From: Eledone cirrhosa
Taxonomy: Eukaryota
Assembly (NCBI GenBank): GCA_964016885.1
Contig: OZ024741.1
Span: 132,246,001 to 132,310,000 of the forward strand
Length of the DNA stretch: 64,000 nt
Direction of reading: 5' to 3'
In this document: positions 1 through 14,066 of the stretch, piece after piece
Layout: each line of letters begins with the position of its first letter
Numbering within the stretch: position 1 is the first letter of the stretch
The notes under the pieces: model-generated
Seen by the model: only the letters and a program-made list of their open reading frames with translations
What the model was told of the DNA's origin: nothing
Databases searched by the model: none
Position numbers and translations under genes: made by a program

Positions 1-969
1 ATATGTGTGTGTATATGTGAGTATTACAAGTACGTATGTGTGTGTATTAGTTGAAATTATATTGTGAAGTGTTATGCACCACCTAGATTTGCATGAGACT
101 AAAACTATCAATTAAAGAAAGGCATTTTTTTAAGGAAATTAAAAATTGAAAAATGAAGTACGCACTTAGGATCATATGTACTGTTAATACGTCATGCTTG
201 AGTCATGAGAGCAGTTGACCGATCAGAAAAAAAGGATGATTGCTGAAGCGATATAACAACTATAACGTCTATAGCTTCTTAAAGTTATGTGGCACGCACC
301 GTGATACGTCCAGCATACGCATGCGCAGAGTAAAATAATTTAGAAATTCTCTTCTCAAGGTAGTCGTTCAACTTGCTAGAAGTACAGCTACCAAAACACC
401 CTCAAACATCGCTATTGTTTTAAAGAACAAAGAAAGATACATAATGTAGACGTAGATAATTCACTCTCACACGGACAACCCCTACACTACCTAAGAACCC
501 CCACACGATTTGATTCCAGGAAGGTTCATCCCATATATCAGAAGTTTGCTCAGTCGTAACCGACCTTGGTTTAAACAACAACTGCAACATATCCGCAGCT
601 AGCCACATGAATGCAGTTGATTTTCTTGTGAGAAATCGGGCCCTGACGAACCGCTTCCTCGTTGTACCGGTGTCTGTCGTGACCTCTGGTGTCCCCGCAC
701 TACTGATTTCCTCTGTAAAATTGTAAATATGGCGACCCGCTTAAAAAGGGAGCTCCGTGATGTGGGGTGGCTGTTGCAGTGGGTGTCTCTGGCCATTGTC
801 CGTGGTAACACCTTAGCTAATTTGTCCGCGGCGTGCGGTTTACTCACCTCTCAGCTTGGGGTGTAGTATCACTGCCCCCCCCCCCCTCTCTGGCTTTCTT
901 TCGTTGCTTCATTCCTTTCTCTTTTTCTTCTTTTCATTTCATTTTTTCTTTCTATTTTGTTCACTTTAA

Positions 970-1029
<60 letters not shown>

Positions 1030-1334
1030 AAACAGCTTCGTAAAAATTTTAAAAAATGTTAAGTGAATAGCAGCCTAATCTCTCACAAACCGCATCCCTA
1101 TCGTCTTAAAAGAAAAAGAAGGAAGGTCACTGGATAAACTAGGATTAACTGTTTACACTCCACTCAAAAACAAAAAAACAACTCGTGACAGTCACACCGC
1201 CTGCTTGATCACTGTGAGTGATTTATCAACAACTATAACAGTACACGCACAAATATTTATACATGTAAACATGGAATCACACGCATTCATATACACACAC
1301 ATATGATTGGCTCTGTTGTTGTTCATGTTATAAT

Positions 1335-1525
1335 ATTGTTTCTACTTTTAGTTCAAGGCCAGCAATTTCCTCAGTGCATTACTGGTGCTTTATTTTATCG
1401 ATCCCATAACGATGAAAGGAAAAGTTAACCTCGGCGGAAATTGAAATCAGAACGTAAAGCGCCATAACCCTATGCTGTAAAGCATGGTGTCTAACGCTCT
1501 ACCGATACTGCCAATCCACCACCCT
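1335..1525 (-). mobile_element. tRNA-derived SINE family 1 (octopus OR-like, Meta-type core)
   Basis: Matches the family consensus tggcagtatcggtagag (A-box-like), gagttcaaatcc (B-box) and gcctttcatccttacggggtcgataaaataaagtaccag. Confidence 0.8.
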
Positions 1526-2308
1526 CATGTTATAATAATGCCACAAAAAATATAGTAAAACGCACTCACTGACGGGTTTGGGTTGATTTTCGTTTCAGTA
1601 TATTTTTTTTATATTTCTATAATTAATTCGGCTGGCAATCAATGTTTATCATTGATTGACCAACAGTTAAAAATATAAATATAAATATAGTTTCTCATAA
1701 ATATATTGTGTCCGAATTAAATAAAAGAAAAGAAGGAATCAACGTTGGAACCCCTCTTATCGTAGCTGTTCGAATTGTGTTGACTTTGGATTTAAAACTA
1801 CAGCATCAACAACAAAGTACTGAAACCAATTAAAATTTTCTTCCGAATCACCGCGAGAGCATTTTAATAATTTAGCTTAATTAATGTTCACTTTATATAT
1901 ATATAATCACAGAACCAAATCCAAGCACATACTACCTAAAATACCTGCATTTACTACTCGCTGCTTAAGGGTTAGTCCGCAGACAGGTTAGGGGAGACAT
2001 TTCCCCGGGGGATGGTGAGAGAGACGCGTAGGAATAGCCACTCCAACTTGCATTGAGCACTAAATACTAATCGATCAACTCATTCGTACGTTTACACCAA
2101 CATTCCTATAATCTGTTAAGAACAAGACAACAAGTTAAGGTTAAAGGTCATTTAATCTTAAGATACGGCCATCTTGCAAAGCACGAAGTACAGTCGCTAT
2201 CGTTTTACTGAACTCGTTGTAAATTAATCTCTCTGATTCCCATTTACATCAGCATCCACACTTTAACACCCATTATATGTATATATACATATATATATAC
2301 ACACACAC

Positions 2309-2342
<34 letters not shown>

Positions 2343-2352
2343 AATTTAAATG

Positions 2353-2390
<38 letters not shown>

Positions 2391-2658
2391 CATTTAAATT
2401 ATACACATATAGATAGATAGATAGATTTCTTGATTTGCCACATGAGATATATTTATGAAGATAGTTATACACATATATATATACATTATATATATATACA
2501 CACACACACACACTCTATCTCTATCTCTCTCTATCTTACACACACACACACGACCATGTCTACATTCGCAAATATAGATCAAGTTATGCGTGTATTTCAT
2601 ACAATATCTTGTGCACACTTCTGTCGGAAATATATATATATATATATGCATACACACG

Positions 2659-2696
<38 letters not shown>

Positions 2697-3092
2697 CGTG
2701 TGTATATATATATTGTATATTTGCATGTACAGATGATTAGATGTATCGTAGATATATTTGTAAAGTATGCGTGTATACATATAGATATGTGTATGTACAC
2801 GTATGTGGGTATGCATTGTCCATTTTTATTGTAACCAATTTTCAGGATATTAGTTGAAGATTGCTAGAAGATTATCCTCGAATAGGTATTATGGAAGAAA
2901 ACTAGAAGTCTCTTAAATTATGTCATGATTGAGAGAAATCATGTGCTTTCTAATCCCCTCCCCCCACCTCTCTATCTCTCTGTCAATCTCTCTCTTTCTC
3001 CTTTTTCTCTCTTTTTATATATATTTAGAGAGAGAGAAAGAGAATGTGTGAGAGAGAGAGAGAGAGAGAGACATGTATAGAAAGACACATAC

Positions 3093-3167
<75 letters not shown>

Positions 3168-3230
3168 TTATTCCGGTTTCAATCGGGGGTAACATGAAAC
3201 AGTTCTAGTCCTGTAGAAGCTTTACTATAT

Positions 3231-3261
<31 letters not shown>

Positions 3262-3262
<1 letters not shown>

Positions 3263-3491
3263 ACGAAGGAAATGTGGTAAGGAACCAGATGGACCATAAA
3301 GCACCAAAGTACTCAATATTTAGAGTAGTAGAGTGGGTAATAGGAACGAGTAGGACCCCGACGGTGAGCTCAAGCCGTTTCGACGGCTGATTCTGTACTA
3401 AAAAAAAAATAATAATAAAATGATTTTTTTTTTTAGTCCAGAATTAGCCGTCGAAACGGCTTGAGCTCAGCCGTCGTGGTCCTACTCGTTC

Positions 3492-3493
<2 letters not shown>
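3262..3493. mobile_element. Fold-back element of a multi-copy family (also 23353-23541, 38135-38271, 38330-38576, 39621-39801, 41761-41962, 50660-50735, 51130-51305; single arms at 26885-26950 and 54190-54250)
   Basis: Shared aacgaaggaaatgtggtaaggaaccagg..gtactcaatac..gacggctgagctcaagccgtttcgacggc. Contains a hammerhead-like 3' half GAAA-CGGCT TGAGCTC AGCCG-TC. All copies sit in (TA)n. Confidence 0.85.
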
Positions 3494-3571
<78 letters not shown>

Positions 3572-3572
<1 letters not shown>

Positions 3573-3714
3573 AGAAATATAAGCTTTCACCGTATTTTTG
3601 AGAAATCTGGGGGTTCTAAACCCCACTATCAGGCTAAAAAAATTTCTTTAGTCAAAAATACGGTGAAAGCTTATATTTCTAATTTCAAACTCGCTCAAGT
3701 TTCAAAACACACTT

Positions 3715-3720
<6 letters not shown>
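3572..3720. mobile_element. Small fold-back element; same family as 25921-26087
   Basis: Inverted arms tagaaatataagctttcaccgtattttt/aaaaatacggtgaaagcttatatttcta. Confidence 0.7.
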
Positions 3721-3752
<32 letters not shown>

Positions 3753-3761
<9 letters not shown>

Positions 3762-3946
3762 AAGAATCAAAGAACTGTTCAAAACATTATTGTGCTTACA
3801 GCTGTTTCCTCCGTGAGGAAACAGCTGTAAGCACAATAATGTTTTGAACAGTTCTTTGATTCTTATATTTCATATAACTGCTCTGTAAATCATCTGATGT
3901 TTTTACATTGAGCTACTTAACTTACTGGTAATAAGCTAGTAATACA
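3753..3946. mobile_element. Fold-back element truncated within a hammerhead (GAAA-C AGCT G-TA)
   Basis: Perfect arms of about 60 bp around cgt at about 3812-3814; the right arm extends further. Confidence 0.8.
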
Positions 3947-4041
3947 TTACTGCCTACCACTATTTAGGGTTTGTATAAAAAATACATTATAACTGCTAAA
4001 GGTTTTTGTGTTTTCATAACCATAAATAGTACAATTAATAC

Positions 4042-4075
<34 letters not shown>

Positions 4076-4315
4076 CATATGTGTGTATATATATAATACA
4101 TATATATATAAGTATATATATATATATATATACACACACACATATAAATATGTGTGTGTGTGTGTTTAATATTAAGTATAAATCGAAGTTGTAGTCGCAA
4201 TATAGCAGATACCTATACATATGTATATGACTGTACCCAAATGGCTATTTCTTGTTCTATTTCTTATTCTATTTTCCCACGAGGGACTAACGTTCGGAAC
4301 ATTGAACTAACATTG

Positions 4316-4506
4316 CGGTGGATTGGCAGTATCGGTAGAGAGTCGGACACCAAGCTTTGAAGCATAGAGTTACGTCCCTTTATGATCTGAGTTCAAATCC
4401 CGCCGAGGTTAACTTTGCCTTTCATCCTTACGGGGTCGATAAAATAAAGTACCAGTAATGTACTGGTTAAAATGCTGGCCTTGTGCCAAAAATAAAAACA
4501 ATTATT
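4316..4506 (+). mobile_element. SINE family 1
   Basis: Full copy with A/B boxes and core. Confidence 0.88.
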
Positions 4507-4539
4507 TCAATGATATCCAGGTCCTTACTTGATAAAGCC

Positions 4540-4636
4540 TTACATTTTACGCCACCATTCGTGCTAAACGTGAAGAATAATGTCCGTAGAAAATTCCTAG
4601 CCCTCTTAGATTTTCACTTCCCTGTAGGTCATAAAT
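4540..4636 (+). mobile_element. Short internal PLE fragment
   Basis: HFTPPFVLNVKNNVRRKFLALLDFHFPVGHK aligns with [31 protein letters not shown] of the 21149-22186 ORF. Confidence 0.75.
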
Positions 4637-5289
4637 GGCTGTGGTGGTGGGGAAATTGGTTCAAAATAGTTGTGAAAGAAATCTTCAATAAATATATAAC
4701 CTTTCGAGATAATAGGTTGAACAGTGAAAATTCTGCAGAAGCTTTTTTGTACATAGTAATATCTTTAGATTGTCAACACACTATGTGTTGACAATTTAGA
4801 GATATTACGATGTAAAGGATCTGGCGAGAAACACTGATTCTACACATACGGCAAACTCTGCCTATATATTTGGACCAATGTTTGATGATGGTGGAAACGG
4901 GTGCTTGACTGGCTAATATAAATAATTGACAGCACTTGCTTCTTTTTTTGGTCCCCCAACTCGTCTGCACATACCAGGTTTCCAGAAAAGAACCCTAGCA
5001 GCAGGCTCATTTTGACGTTTCGCATGTTTGGCGAATGTGTGATCCGAAGAATGATTTAGTTATTACGTGTGTTCTCGGGGATATGTTCTAGACCTTTCTC
5101 AACATTCACGAATGTGCCATTAATCCTTTTTACGAGTGTATTTATTAGTGTCCATGACTCACATGCATAGAGGAGAATTGACTTAACCGCTGATTTGAAT
5201 AGCCTCATTTTCGTTGTTTTCTTGATCGGAGATATTCACGCATTGATAAGGAGTTGACACCCCCATCCCCACCCCACCCCCACCCATCC

Positions 5290-5440
5290 AAAAAAACCCA
5301 TGCTTTGCTTATCCTGGTGTCCACATCGTGCTCTGTGTTCATGAAACTACCAAGATATAACAAGTCATCCACTTCCCGATCTCCGAACCGTCTAGGCCCA
5401 TACATTTGTTTATTTGATGTTGCATTCAGATACATGATTT
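5290..5440 (-). mobile_element. Old RTE-type LINE RT fragment
   Basis: VDDLLYLGSFMNTEHDVDTRISKAW resembles VEDFLYLGAKIGNMEDDVVERKSKA of the 43-kb LINE. Confidence 0.65.
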
Positions 5441-5786
5441 TTTTTTATCACCATTCAAGAACAGTCCAATTGACTACGCTGCAGCCTCACACTCTTTTAG
5501 CACTTGCACTATACGTAAAAAAACTATAAGACAGTATTGTCTTTCATATCTCAGCAATTGGGCATAGGTAAGTAAGTGCTGACACACTGCAGCGACAGTG
5601 AAATGTAAGCATCCGTCATTCTTACCCCATTGCTGAGGTAGCTGACATCACAACTTAAAATACCTACAAGGAGACTAAATGTTATTCTACGTAAACATAT
5701 AATGTGAGCCCTGTGTGGCTAATAAAGGAATAATCATTATAAGAGTGGTGGATTGGCGGTATCTACCGATACTGACAAACCACCAA

Positions 5787-6143
5787 TAATAATTGTTTCT
5801 ACTTTTGGCACAAGGCCAGCAATTATCCCAGTGCATTACTGGTACTTTATTTTATCGACCCCGTAAGGATGAAAGGCAAAGCTGACCTCGGCGGGATTTG
5901 AACTCAGAATGGCAAGGGCCGTAACTCTATGCGCCAAAGCATGGCGTCCCACCCTCTACCGATACTGCCAATTATAATAATTGTTTCTACTTTAGGCACA
6001 AGGCCAGCAATAACCCAGTACATTACTGGTACTTTATTTTATCGACCCCGTAAGGATGAAAGGCAAAGTTAACCTCGGCGGGATTTGAACTCAGAACATA
6101 AAGGGACGTAACTATGCTAGAAAGCATGGCGTCCGACCCTCTA
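5787..6143 (-). mobile_element. SINE family 1, two tandem copies
   Basis: 5787-5972 and 5977-6143. Confidence 0.88.
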
Positions 6144-6399
6144 TGACAACTATAATGACGGCAATAATAAAAAAAAAAAAGGAAACAAAAGGAAAGAAAG
6201 AATAGGGAAATATAGAAAAAAAAGAGAAAGAACGGGAAGGGGAGGGGATGGCAAGAGCTATCGTGTTGCAGAAGAGAGGGGAGGGATGAAGGGGTGATTG
6301 GGCTAGGGCAAGAGGGCAGAAGTGCTGCGCCCTGCGGACAAGATGGCAAAAGCATTCCCAAAAGCATTAATTTATTATTATTATTATTGATGGGTGGTA

Positions 6400-6838
6400 G
6401 GGTGGTTGATTGGCAGTGTGGGTAGAGAGTCGGACGCCATGCTTTGCAGCATAGAGTTACCGCCTTTTACGGTCTGAGATCAAATCCCACCGAGGTTAAC
6501 TTTGCCTTTCATCCTTACGGGGTCGATAAAATAAAGCACCAGTAACGTACTGAAGTCGATTTAATCGACTTTCCCCTCCACCCCAAATTACTGGCATTGT
6601 GCCTATACTAGAAATCATTATTGCTGGGTGGTAGATTGTCAGTATCGGTGGATAATCGCACAAAACGATTTGCAGCATAGTCTCTTTACGTTCTGAATTC
6701 AAATCTCGCCGAGGTTAACTTGGCCTTTCATTCTTTCGAGGTCGATAAAATAAAGTACCAGTACACACCGTAGTTGGTTTAATAGACTGTCCCCTCCGTC
6801 AAAATTGTTGGCCTTGTACCTAAATCAGAAACCATTAT
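6400..6838 (+). mobile_element. SINE family 1, two tandem copies
   Basis: 6400-6622 and 6626-6838. Confidence 0.88.
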
Positions 6839-7302
6839 AGATAAACATATTGTATACGGTTTCATATATTCCGAACCACAGTGTACTAATGATATTGCTA
6901 AGTGTATTAAATATATTTATTTAGTTAATAACATTTACCTGCTATTTGCGTCCTGTGGATTGTGTCAATACACACACACACATTATTCATAATGTACATA
7001 CACACAACGTATGGTGAAAATAAATTTTATAATTAATTATCAAGTTTCTACAAATATATCGCCTCGTGCCAAAGTGAGAAAATAATATTGACCATTTCAG
7101 GATGTATGTCTTTCCCTTTATCTGCCTGTATGTACACATGTGTGTAGGTCTCTCTCTCTCACACACACACTCTCTCTCTCTCCCATTCTCTCTCTCACAC
7201 ACACTCTCTCACTCTCTCTCATACACACTCTCACACTCCCTTTCACTCTCTCACTCTCTCTCACAAACACTCTCTGAATCTCTCTCCCTTTCTTTCTCTC
7301 TC

Positions 7303-7345
<43 letters not shown>

Positions 7346-7414
7346 CCATGGGATAAATACATATATATATAATATATATAATATGAGATCAAAGATGGTT
7401 AAAAGAGTTCCATG

Positions 7415-7485
7415 TATTTTATTATGCGCATTTCAAAAGCAAATATCATCATGAGATGACATTTGCGTTTTCGTCAGATAAAATA
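7415..7485 (-). ncRNA. Type I hammerhead ribozyme
   Basis: TATTTTAT-CTGACGA-long stem II (GCAAATGTCATC/GATGATATTTGC)-GAAA-T GCGC A-TA-ATAAAATA; perfect 8-bp stem I. Confidence 0.85.
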
Positions 7486-7727
7486 GGGAGACATATGAAG
7501 GTTAAAAAACACTTGTGAATAGTGCAGTTTTAAATCAACATATGATATCTGCATTACTTTATTGTACTACTATAAAACTTACCTCCTACATATATAATAT
7601 ATATATAGTAATCAAAACTGAAACAATTTGTATATACACTTTGAGCATGTGGATGTATAAACAAGTCGAACTTATTACCTATGTGCATATATATGCATAT
7701 ATATATATTAATATATATATTAATATT

Positions 7728-7827
<100 letters not shown>

Positions 7828-8180
7828 TGTGAGTGTGTGTGTGTGTGTGTAATATACACACACATTATTCATAATGTACATACACACAAGAACACGTTAT
7901 TCATATGAAGGTTTAAATATTTATGCATCCTACGCCCAACTGTATAAAACAAAGTCAATTGCTTGACCTTTCCTCATCAGATGTATCAATAATGGCTGAT
8001 TATGTCTATCGATTTCAGAGAATGGTTCGGGGAAAGGAATTGTGACTGCCATGCTTGTTCTCCTGTGGCATTAACGGAGAACGTGAAATAATAAATACAA
8101 ACACACAAATACATACACGCAGTATAGATAGTGACTAACAGTGTACAGAGATATACTGACACACGATACACACGAATGGC

Positions 8181-8237
<57 letters not shown>

Positions 8238-8450
8238 CGTTTCTGAATTTGTTTAGCAAGATTCTTTATCTGAAATCGTGTGTTGAAACCGATATTGTTA
8301 TACTTTGGGAGGGTCATGTTGCCAATAAGAAACACACGCACCAGTTGCTTTCACTTCAATTTATTATATATTTATAAATTTATAAATTTACAAATCTACA
8401 AATTTATAAATTTCTGGTTGGTTCCACAACCAGATAGTTGTTTATATATA

Positions 8451-8493
8451 GTCATAGTCCTTTCGTCACACACTCTGTGACCTCTTCGGTGAC
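8451..8493 (-). ncRNA. Hammerhead ribozyme in PLE pseudo-LTR (core variant CCGAAGA)
   Basis: GTCA-CCGAAGA-G-GTCACA/TGTGAC-GAAA-GGAC-TA-TGAC. Confidence 0.6.
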
Positions 8494-8698
8494 TGGGGAT
8501 TCCTTTCTTTGTTTCTGTGCCTTTCCTTTCTTCTGTCCTACGCCATTTTGTTTCTGTGTGTGTGTTGTGTGCTCAGTTTGCGCATGCGCCACATCCGGGT
8601 GTCTGTGTGTGTTTGTGTTCATTTATCTATTTGTTTATTTATTTACATGTTATTGGTTGGTTGTTTGTTCTATGTGTGTGTGTGTTTTCATTTTGTCC

Positions 8699-10132
8699 TT
8701 AATTGTAAGTTGTGATGTTGCTGTTCCACTCATATTTTCTATTTAATTTTGGTTGTAATTCTTTTATGTTTATTGCCTCTGTAATTTGTCTAAACATTGC
8801 ATCTGTTCTGTGTGTAGATTCTATTTTTATTTCTATGTTCTCTAATTTACCCTTGTGTTCTATCTTAGCATGTTGGTAGAGTACAGATGATTCTTTATTA
8901 TCTTGAAGGTCTCGCCAGTGTTCATTTATCCGTTCCCCTATACTACGAGCTGTCTCACCTATGTACACTATATTTTTGCTTCTACATTGTCCTTCAGTAC
9001 ATCTTATGCTATACACTACATTTCTAGTTTTACAGTTAATGTGGGGGCTTATTTTACAGGTTATACATTTCTTATCTATACATGAGGGTCTTTGGAACGG
9101 GTATGTCTTGCTAATAAGTGTTTTTACGGAGGTACCTGGTCTTTCTACTATCTTAATATTGAGTTTATGTTTATTTAGGGCCCTTCTAAATTTGTAGGCT
9201 AGTTCGCCTCTAGGGGTTGTATCGATGAACATTACACTCTGGTATTTATTGCTATCATACCATGAGTTTATTCTATTGGCCTTGTTCCTAGTTCTTTCTA
9301 TTCTATTCCAAAATTTGCTCCTATACAAGGGGCAGGTCCCATTTATGTCATTATTTACCATTTTTTCCCATTTGGTTCTGGCTCCTCTATACACTCTGAT
9401 TCTATCTCTCTGATTGTAGCCAGAGAACTGCATACGGTGGATGAAGTGTTGTATGTGTCTCTCTAGTTCTTCGGGGTTGCACATGCGGGACACATTTCTC
9501 ATCACCCGTACCAAATCCGCAATCAGTATGTTGATTTTGGTATGGTCCGAAATGGCCGAGTTTCGGTGGATCAGATGTTTGGAAGTCATGGGTTTGGCAT
9601 AATGGGAATGGAGGATTTGTTTTTGGTTGTTAATGGTATCTAACCAGAGCTCTGTGTCAAGTACAGGTAATCGATGGTTGGGGTGTCTACTTGGGTAGTC
9701 TATAGTAACTATAATGCTCTGGTGGATGGAGTTTGCTATTTGCTGGATGCTTTCCATTGTGTTTTTCTCTAGTTCCTGACTGTTCTCTAGTGGGGGTGTC
9801 TTAACTACGATGTTTATATCATCTACGTAGCGGGAGTACATTATCAGGGTTAAGGGGTCTTCTAATTGTTCTTTAAGTTTAAGTTTAATTCTACTGTCCC
9901 ACCATACCATGAATAGGTTAGCTATGTCGCCTGCAATGCTAACACCAATGGCTGCTCCTTCCTCTTGGGCATATGTTTTTCCATTAAATTTGAACATATG
10001 TTCCTTAAGGGTTAATTTTATGCTGGCCCCTACCGCATGTGCAATCATTTTCTTCAGTTCATCGTGGTTTTCGGGTGTCCGTATGGCTCTGGTCCACCCG
10101 TTCCATCTATCTGTGTGGGTTTTCTTGGCCAT
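8699..10132 (-). CDS. Penelope-like element ORF (5'-truncated): reverse transcriptase plus C-terminal GIY-YIG endonuclease, Neptune-like
   Basis: 477-aa ORF with RT motifs [23 protein letters not shown] and LPVLD, a C-X4-C-X2-C linker (CIDKKCITC), and GIY-YIG motifs [21 protein letters not shown]...H, RQITEA and LN. Confidence 0.92.
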   Translation of the reverse strand: MAKKTHTDRWNGWTRAIRTPENHDELKKMIAHAVGASIKLTLKEHMFKFNGKTYAQEEGAAIGVSIAGDIANLFMVWWDSRIKLKLKEQLEDPLTLIMYSRYVDDINIVVKTPPLENSQELEKNTMESIQQIANSIHQSIIVTIDYPSRHPNHRLPVLDTELWLDTINNQKQILHSHYAKPMTSKHLIHRNSAISDHTKINILIADLVRVMRNVSRMCNPEELERHIQHFIHRMQFSGYNQRDRIRVYRGARTKWEKMVNNDINGTCPLYRSKFWNRIERTRNKANRINSWYDSNKYQSVMFIDTTPRGELAYKFRRALNKHKLNIKIVERPGTSVKTLISKTYPFQRPSCIDKKCITCKISPHINCKTRNVVYSIRCTEGQCRSKNIVYIGETARSIGERINEHWRDLQDNKESSVLYQHAKIEHKGKLENIEIKIESTHRTDAMFRQITEAINIKELQPKLNRKYEWNSNITTYN

Positions 10133-10213
10133 TGAGGTAATGGTAGGTGGTCTGGCTCTTGCTGGTCTTGTAGGGCACAGGTTGCTAAGGTCATATGTGT
10201 GCCCTACAATATA

Positions 10214-10431
<218 letters not shown>

Positions 10432-10459
10432 ATTATATATATAAGTTTAATATAGATAT

Positions 10460-10560
10460 GGCTTCTATAGGAATAGAACTGTTTCATTAGAAAGAAGTCT
10501 TCAGGAAAGGCTTTCCTGGTGATCTCTTTCGAATGAAACAGTTCTATTCCCGTAGAAGCC
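10460..10560. ncRNA. Head-to-head pair of hammerhead motifs (10460-10511 minus, 10509-10560 plus)
   Basis: CTGAAGA..GAAACAGTTCTATTCCTATA-GAAGCC and CTGGTGA..GAAACAGTTCTATTCCCGTA-GAAGCC; same family as 37987-38085. Confidence 0.6.
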
Positions 10561-10639
10561 ATTCTATATTAAACTTGTTCCTTACACTCTACTAATGTAT
10601 TGAGTCCCTTACTGTGATTACGCCTGATTGAACCCGGGC

Positions 10640-10694
<55 letters not shown>

Positions 10695-10735
10695 GAAAGG
10701 TATAGAAAACATTGTCGCAAAAAGCCAACAGTATT

Positions 10736-10801
<66 letters not shown>

Positions 10802-11009
10802 TTGACTGGTGAACGGGAAGTAATTAGAAGTGGCCCTAACGTAGCATAGTTCATCATAGGGATGCATATGGAAGCATATGCATATACAGTATGTTTATGT
10901 GTAATAAACATACGGGAGTGGAGTCTCGCAATTAATTTATTAATATAAACTGTTATCATGACATAAATAGCTCAATATCTCAGTAGTGGTGAGAATGCCA
11001 GATAGCTAT

Positions 11010-11223
11010 TTCTGGTCAATCTGCCTTCCCTTTGAGTTTGATAAAGTAACAGTTAAGTACTAGGTCTAAATTCATCGACTTTTCTTTCTTCACAAGCTGT
11101 TGGCCTTGTGCCTAGATCAGAAATCATTATTTTTGCCTTTCATCCTTACGGGGTCGATAAAATAAAGTACCAGTAATGTACTGGGTAATTGCTGGCCTTG
11201 TGCCTAAAGTAGAAACAATTATT
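11010..11223 (+). mobile_element. SINE family 1, two partial copies
   Basis: Core and 3' end (gctggccttgtgcctaaagtagaaacaattatt). Confidence 0.75.
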
Positions 11224-11456
11224 TTTCTCAACCCAAGTTTTATAGGGAAAAGGCGGAACTTGATAATGTTGAAAAATGTTCAACTTCACTTCCACTGCGT
11301 GACTTCCGGAAGCATTTCATGGCGAGACGCGGAGTCCTACTTCACACAAAATTCATATTAAAAATAACATCTATTTCAGTAGTGGAAGTCGGGTGAAGGT
11401 TAGTTGCTGAAATAAGTAACAGTAACTCTACTTGTTATTGTTTAACAGCCTGTTAG

Positions 11457-11539
<83 letters not shown>

Positions 11540-12419
11540 CTCTCTCTCACTCTCACTCCCCCTCTTTCTGTCTCTCTTTCTCTCCCCTTCTCTCTCTCTC
11601 TCCCTCTCTATTTCTATCTATTTATCTGTTTATCGATCTATCTATTTATCTCTCTCCCTGTCACTCCTCCTCTTTCTTTCTCTCTTTCTCTCCCCACCCC
11701 CTCTCTCATGTTATGTCTTTTTCAGCGGAAGAAGTGTAGTGCCCATAATATTTGTACAGGATCACGAAATTGGTGCAACAGAAAGATAGGAAACAGCACA
11801 AGATAGCTAAAGGGTACTAAGATACGTAAAAAGAGCGAAAGGTCTGTTTATGTGTATGAAGTGTCGAAGTGTGTGTTTTAGTCTAACACTAAATATGTGA
11901 ATGCGTATGTGTGTGTATGTGTGCATGTTTTTAAGTTAAGGTTGTGTGTTAATGTAATCGCACGAGTTCGTTGCCAGTGGATAGAAATAACATCATGCGT
12001 GTTCTTTCAGTGGGAAACCTGTATTAAATAAAAATTCCTTTACTTTTCATGCATCACTAGCTTATTGTATCAAATTGGATACAGATGGTGTTTGTTGTTG
12101 TTGTTGTTGTAAACCCTAAGGCTTTCGACAAGAAGTTATTCTTGCACAATATAAAGCATTCGATCAACTTGTGTTGTTGCTGTTGTTTTGATGTTTAACC
12201 TCCTATCAAATGATTGGACAGACATATGATAAAATGTGTACCAGTCCGGACCACCCCTTCATTTCCTCTGGTATTGCTTATCGGAAAATGAATTATCAAA
12301 CATGTCCTTCCGTTTTCAAGACGGTGGCGTATAATTTTAATGGGATTTAGCTTCTATTTCAACCAGAGGTTCACACATCAGAACATGTTGTTGGTGATGA
12401 TGTACACTTAGAGAGTGGT

Positions 12420-12790
12420 TTTCTACCTAGAACAAAATTACATGACATGATCTAATCCAATCCAATCCAGAGCCTCCTCACTCCTGTTGAAGGAACTCCT
12501 CCCTGGTTGACCTCCACTGCTTTCTCTTTAGTTTTGAACATGTCAGGGGTGTAGTTCTACTTACAACGCTTGGCCAATTGCGGGTTGGAGAGGCTATTTA
12601 ACCCATAGTTGGGGTAGTTGTTCGTTGACTCTGAGGAGATCATCCGTCCTTTTAACAGCTCATTTTTTTTTGTGATACTGGGGTTCTACTTATTCCTTTT
12701 CAGACCATGGTCTGATGGGGGAGCCGGTTTAGTCGCCGACTACACGAACATGAAGCAGGTTGGATTGGGTTCTATGGTACCAGTAGCAGG
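12420..12790 (-). mobile_element. Degenerate repeat, probably a LINE 5' region; paralog of 56290-56760
   Basis: Shared blocks gtcaggggtgtag, cttggccaa..gcggg, ctatttaacccatagttgggg and ttttaacagctc; tatttaacccata also occurs in the RTE 5' UTR at about 46165. Confidence 0.5.
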
Positions 12791-13938
12791 CAGAAGCCTG
12801 TCTTGGCCAAAATATGACATGAGGAAAATTCAGGAACTCCCTATGTTTAGTCAGCTTGATTTACAAAAAATTATCGTTGGTATAGACATAACTCGTGGAG
12901 AGGTGTAGCATCTCTGTCCACTTCAAGGATGGACTATCTCTCATACATCACTAAACTTCCTTTAAATCAAATGTGGTTAAAGCAACGGGTTATATTGGTA
13001 TTTCATTTGTTATATGCACAACGTAGACTATAGTTGAGTATAGAATAAAATACAAGTAAATCTATTCCACATGCCACTACTATAACTGAAACTTAAGAGT
13101 CAGTCCGCCTTGTGGTACTGGTCGTGAGGGACGTTCAACTATTGAGGAAACGTCGAGAAATTTCCTATTTCAATAGTTTTATTGTTTTGTTTTTTTTGCT
13201 TTGTTTTTTTTGGGGGTTTTTTTTTGTGTTTTTTTCAGCTCTTCTAGCAATTCTCTGTGTCTCGGAAATGCGAGTAAGCCATTAACACGACTCTCTCTTG
13301 ATCATCATTTATGATTTTAACGTCTCATAAACCATCGTCGGAGATAGAGTTGTGTACTGTGATTGGCTATATGGTTAAACGTCTTTTGTTCTGAACTCGC
13401 ATGCAAATTATAATAGTTTTTCAGGTAAGCAAATAAATATTTCCAGGAAATACAATTTTATTTTATATATTTAATTATCAATGTTTGCATAAAATCTGTT
13501 TCGGAATAATCGTACATCATTAGTACAAAGTGTGAGGGAATTAATTATATATATCATATTTAAATATTTCATGATGGACGGTGAGATGGATTTATAGTAG
13601 CGAGACTGATAATATAGATTTACATAACTACTATAGATTAGTCACTATATCGGTTTATCATGATCAATCAACTTCCTGAAACGATCGTCAAACAAGGAAC
13701 TAATTAAGCACTAAACTTCGCATTTTACTTTCATTGTTCAATACGCACACACACACACAGCGGAAAGATTGACAGTCCCATCCCACCAATCAACCTCTGG
13801 AAACCACTACGGTTTCGGTTCATTAAGGTTGATACCGTCCCTTCTAATGCTTATTGGGACATAACAAAACAGGCAGAGACAAGCTAAGTCGTTGTTTTTC
13901 CATTGTCTTTGTTCTGTGCGCCCCCTATTTTGTATATA

Positions 13939-14066
<128 letters not shown>

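Larger units (their letters stand above)
8235..10209 (-). mobile_element. Penelope-like retroelement copy (3' pseudo-LTR about 8235-8698 plus truncated ORF), flanked by (TA)n
   Basis: ORF above; the 3' non-coding part recurs at 26165-26470 and 55217-55607; (TA)n on both sides; 12-bp inverted repeat ttgtagggcaca/tgtgccctacaa at the 5' truncation (10168-10209). Confidence 0.9.

Noticed and set aside
599-860. Possible host exon or splice donor (minus-strand gag|gtgagt near 847) and 82-aa ORF
   Set aside because: No recognisable protein motif or matching acceptor; needs RNA-seq.
4750-4815. Short hairpin as a miRNA precursor or terminator
   Set aside because: No supporting evidence; more likely another small inversion junction within a decayed repeat.
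7952-7988. Minus-strand CTGATGAGGAAA hammerhead-like core
   Set aside because: There is no stem II and no convincing stem I or cleavage triplet.
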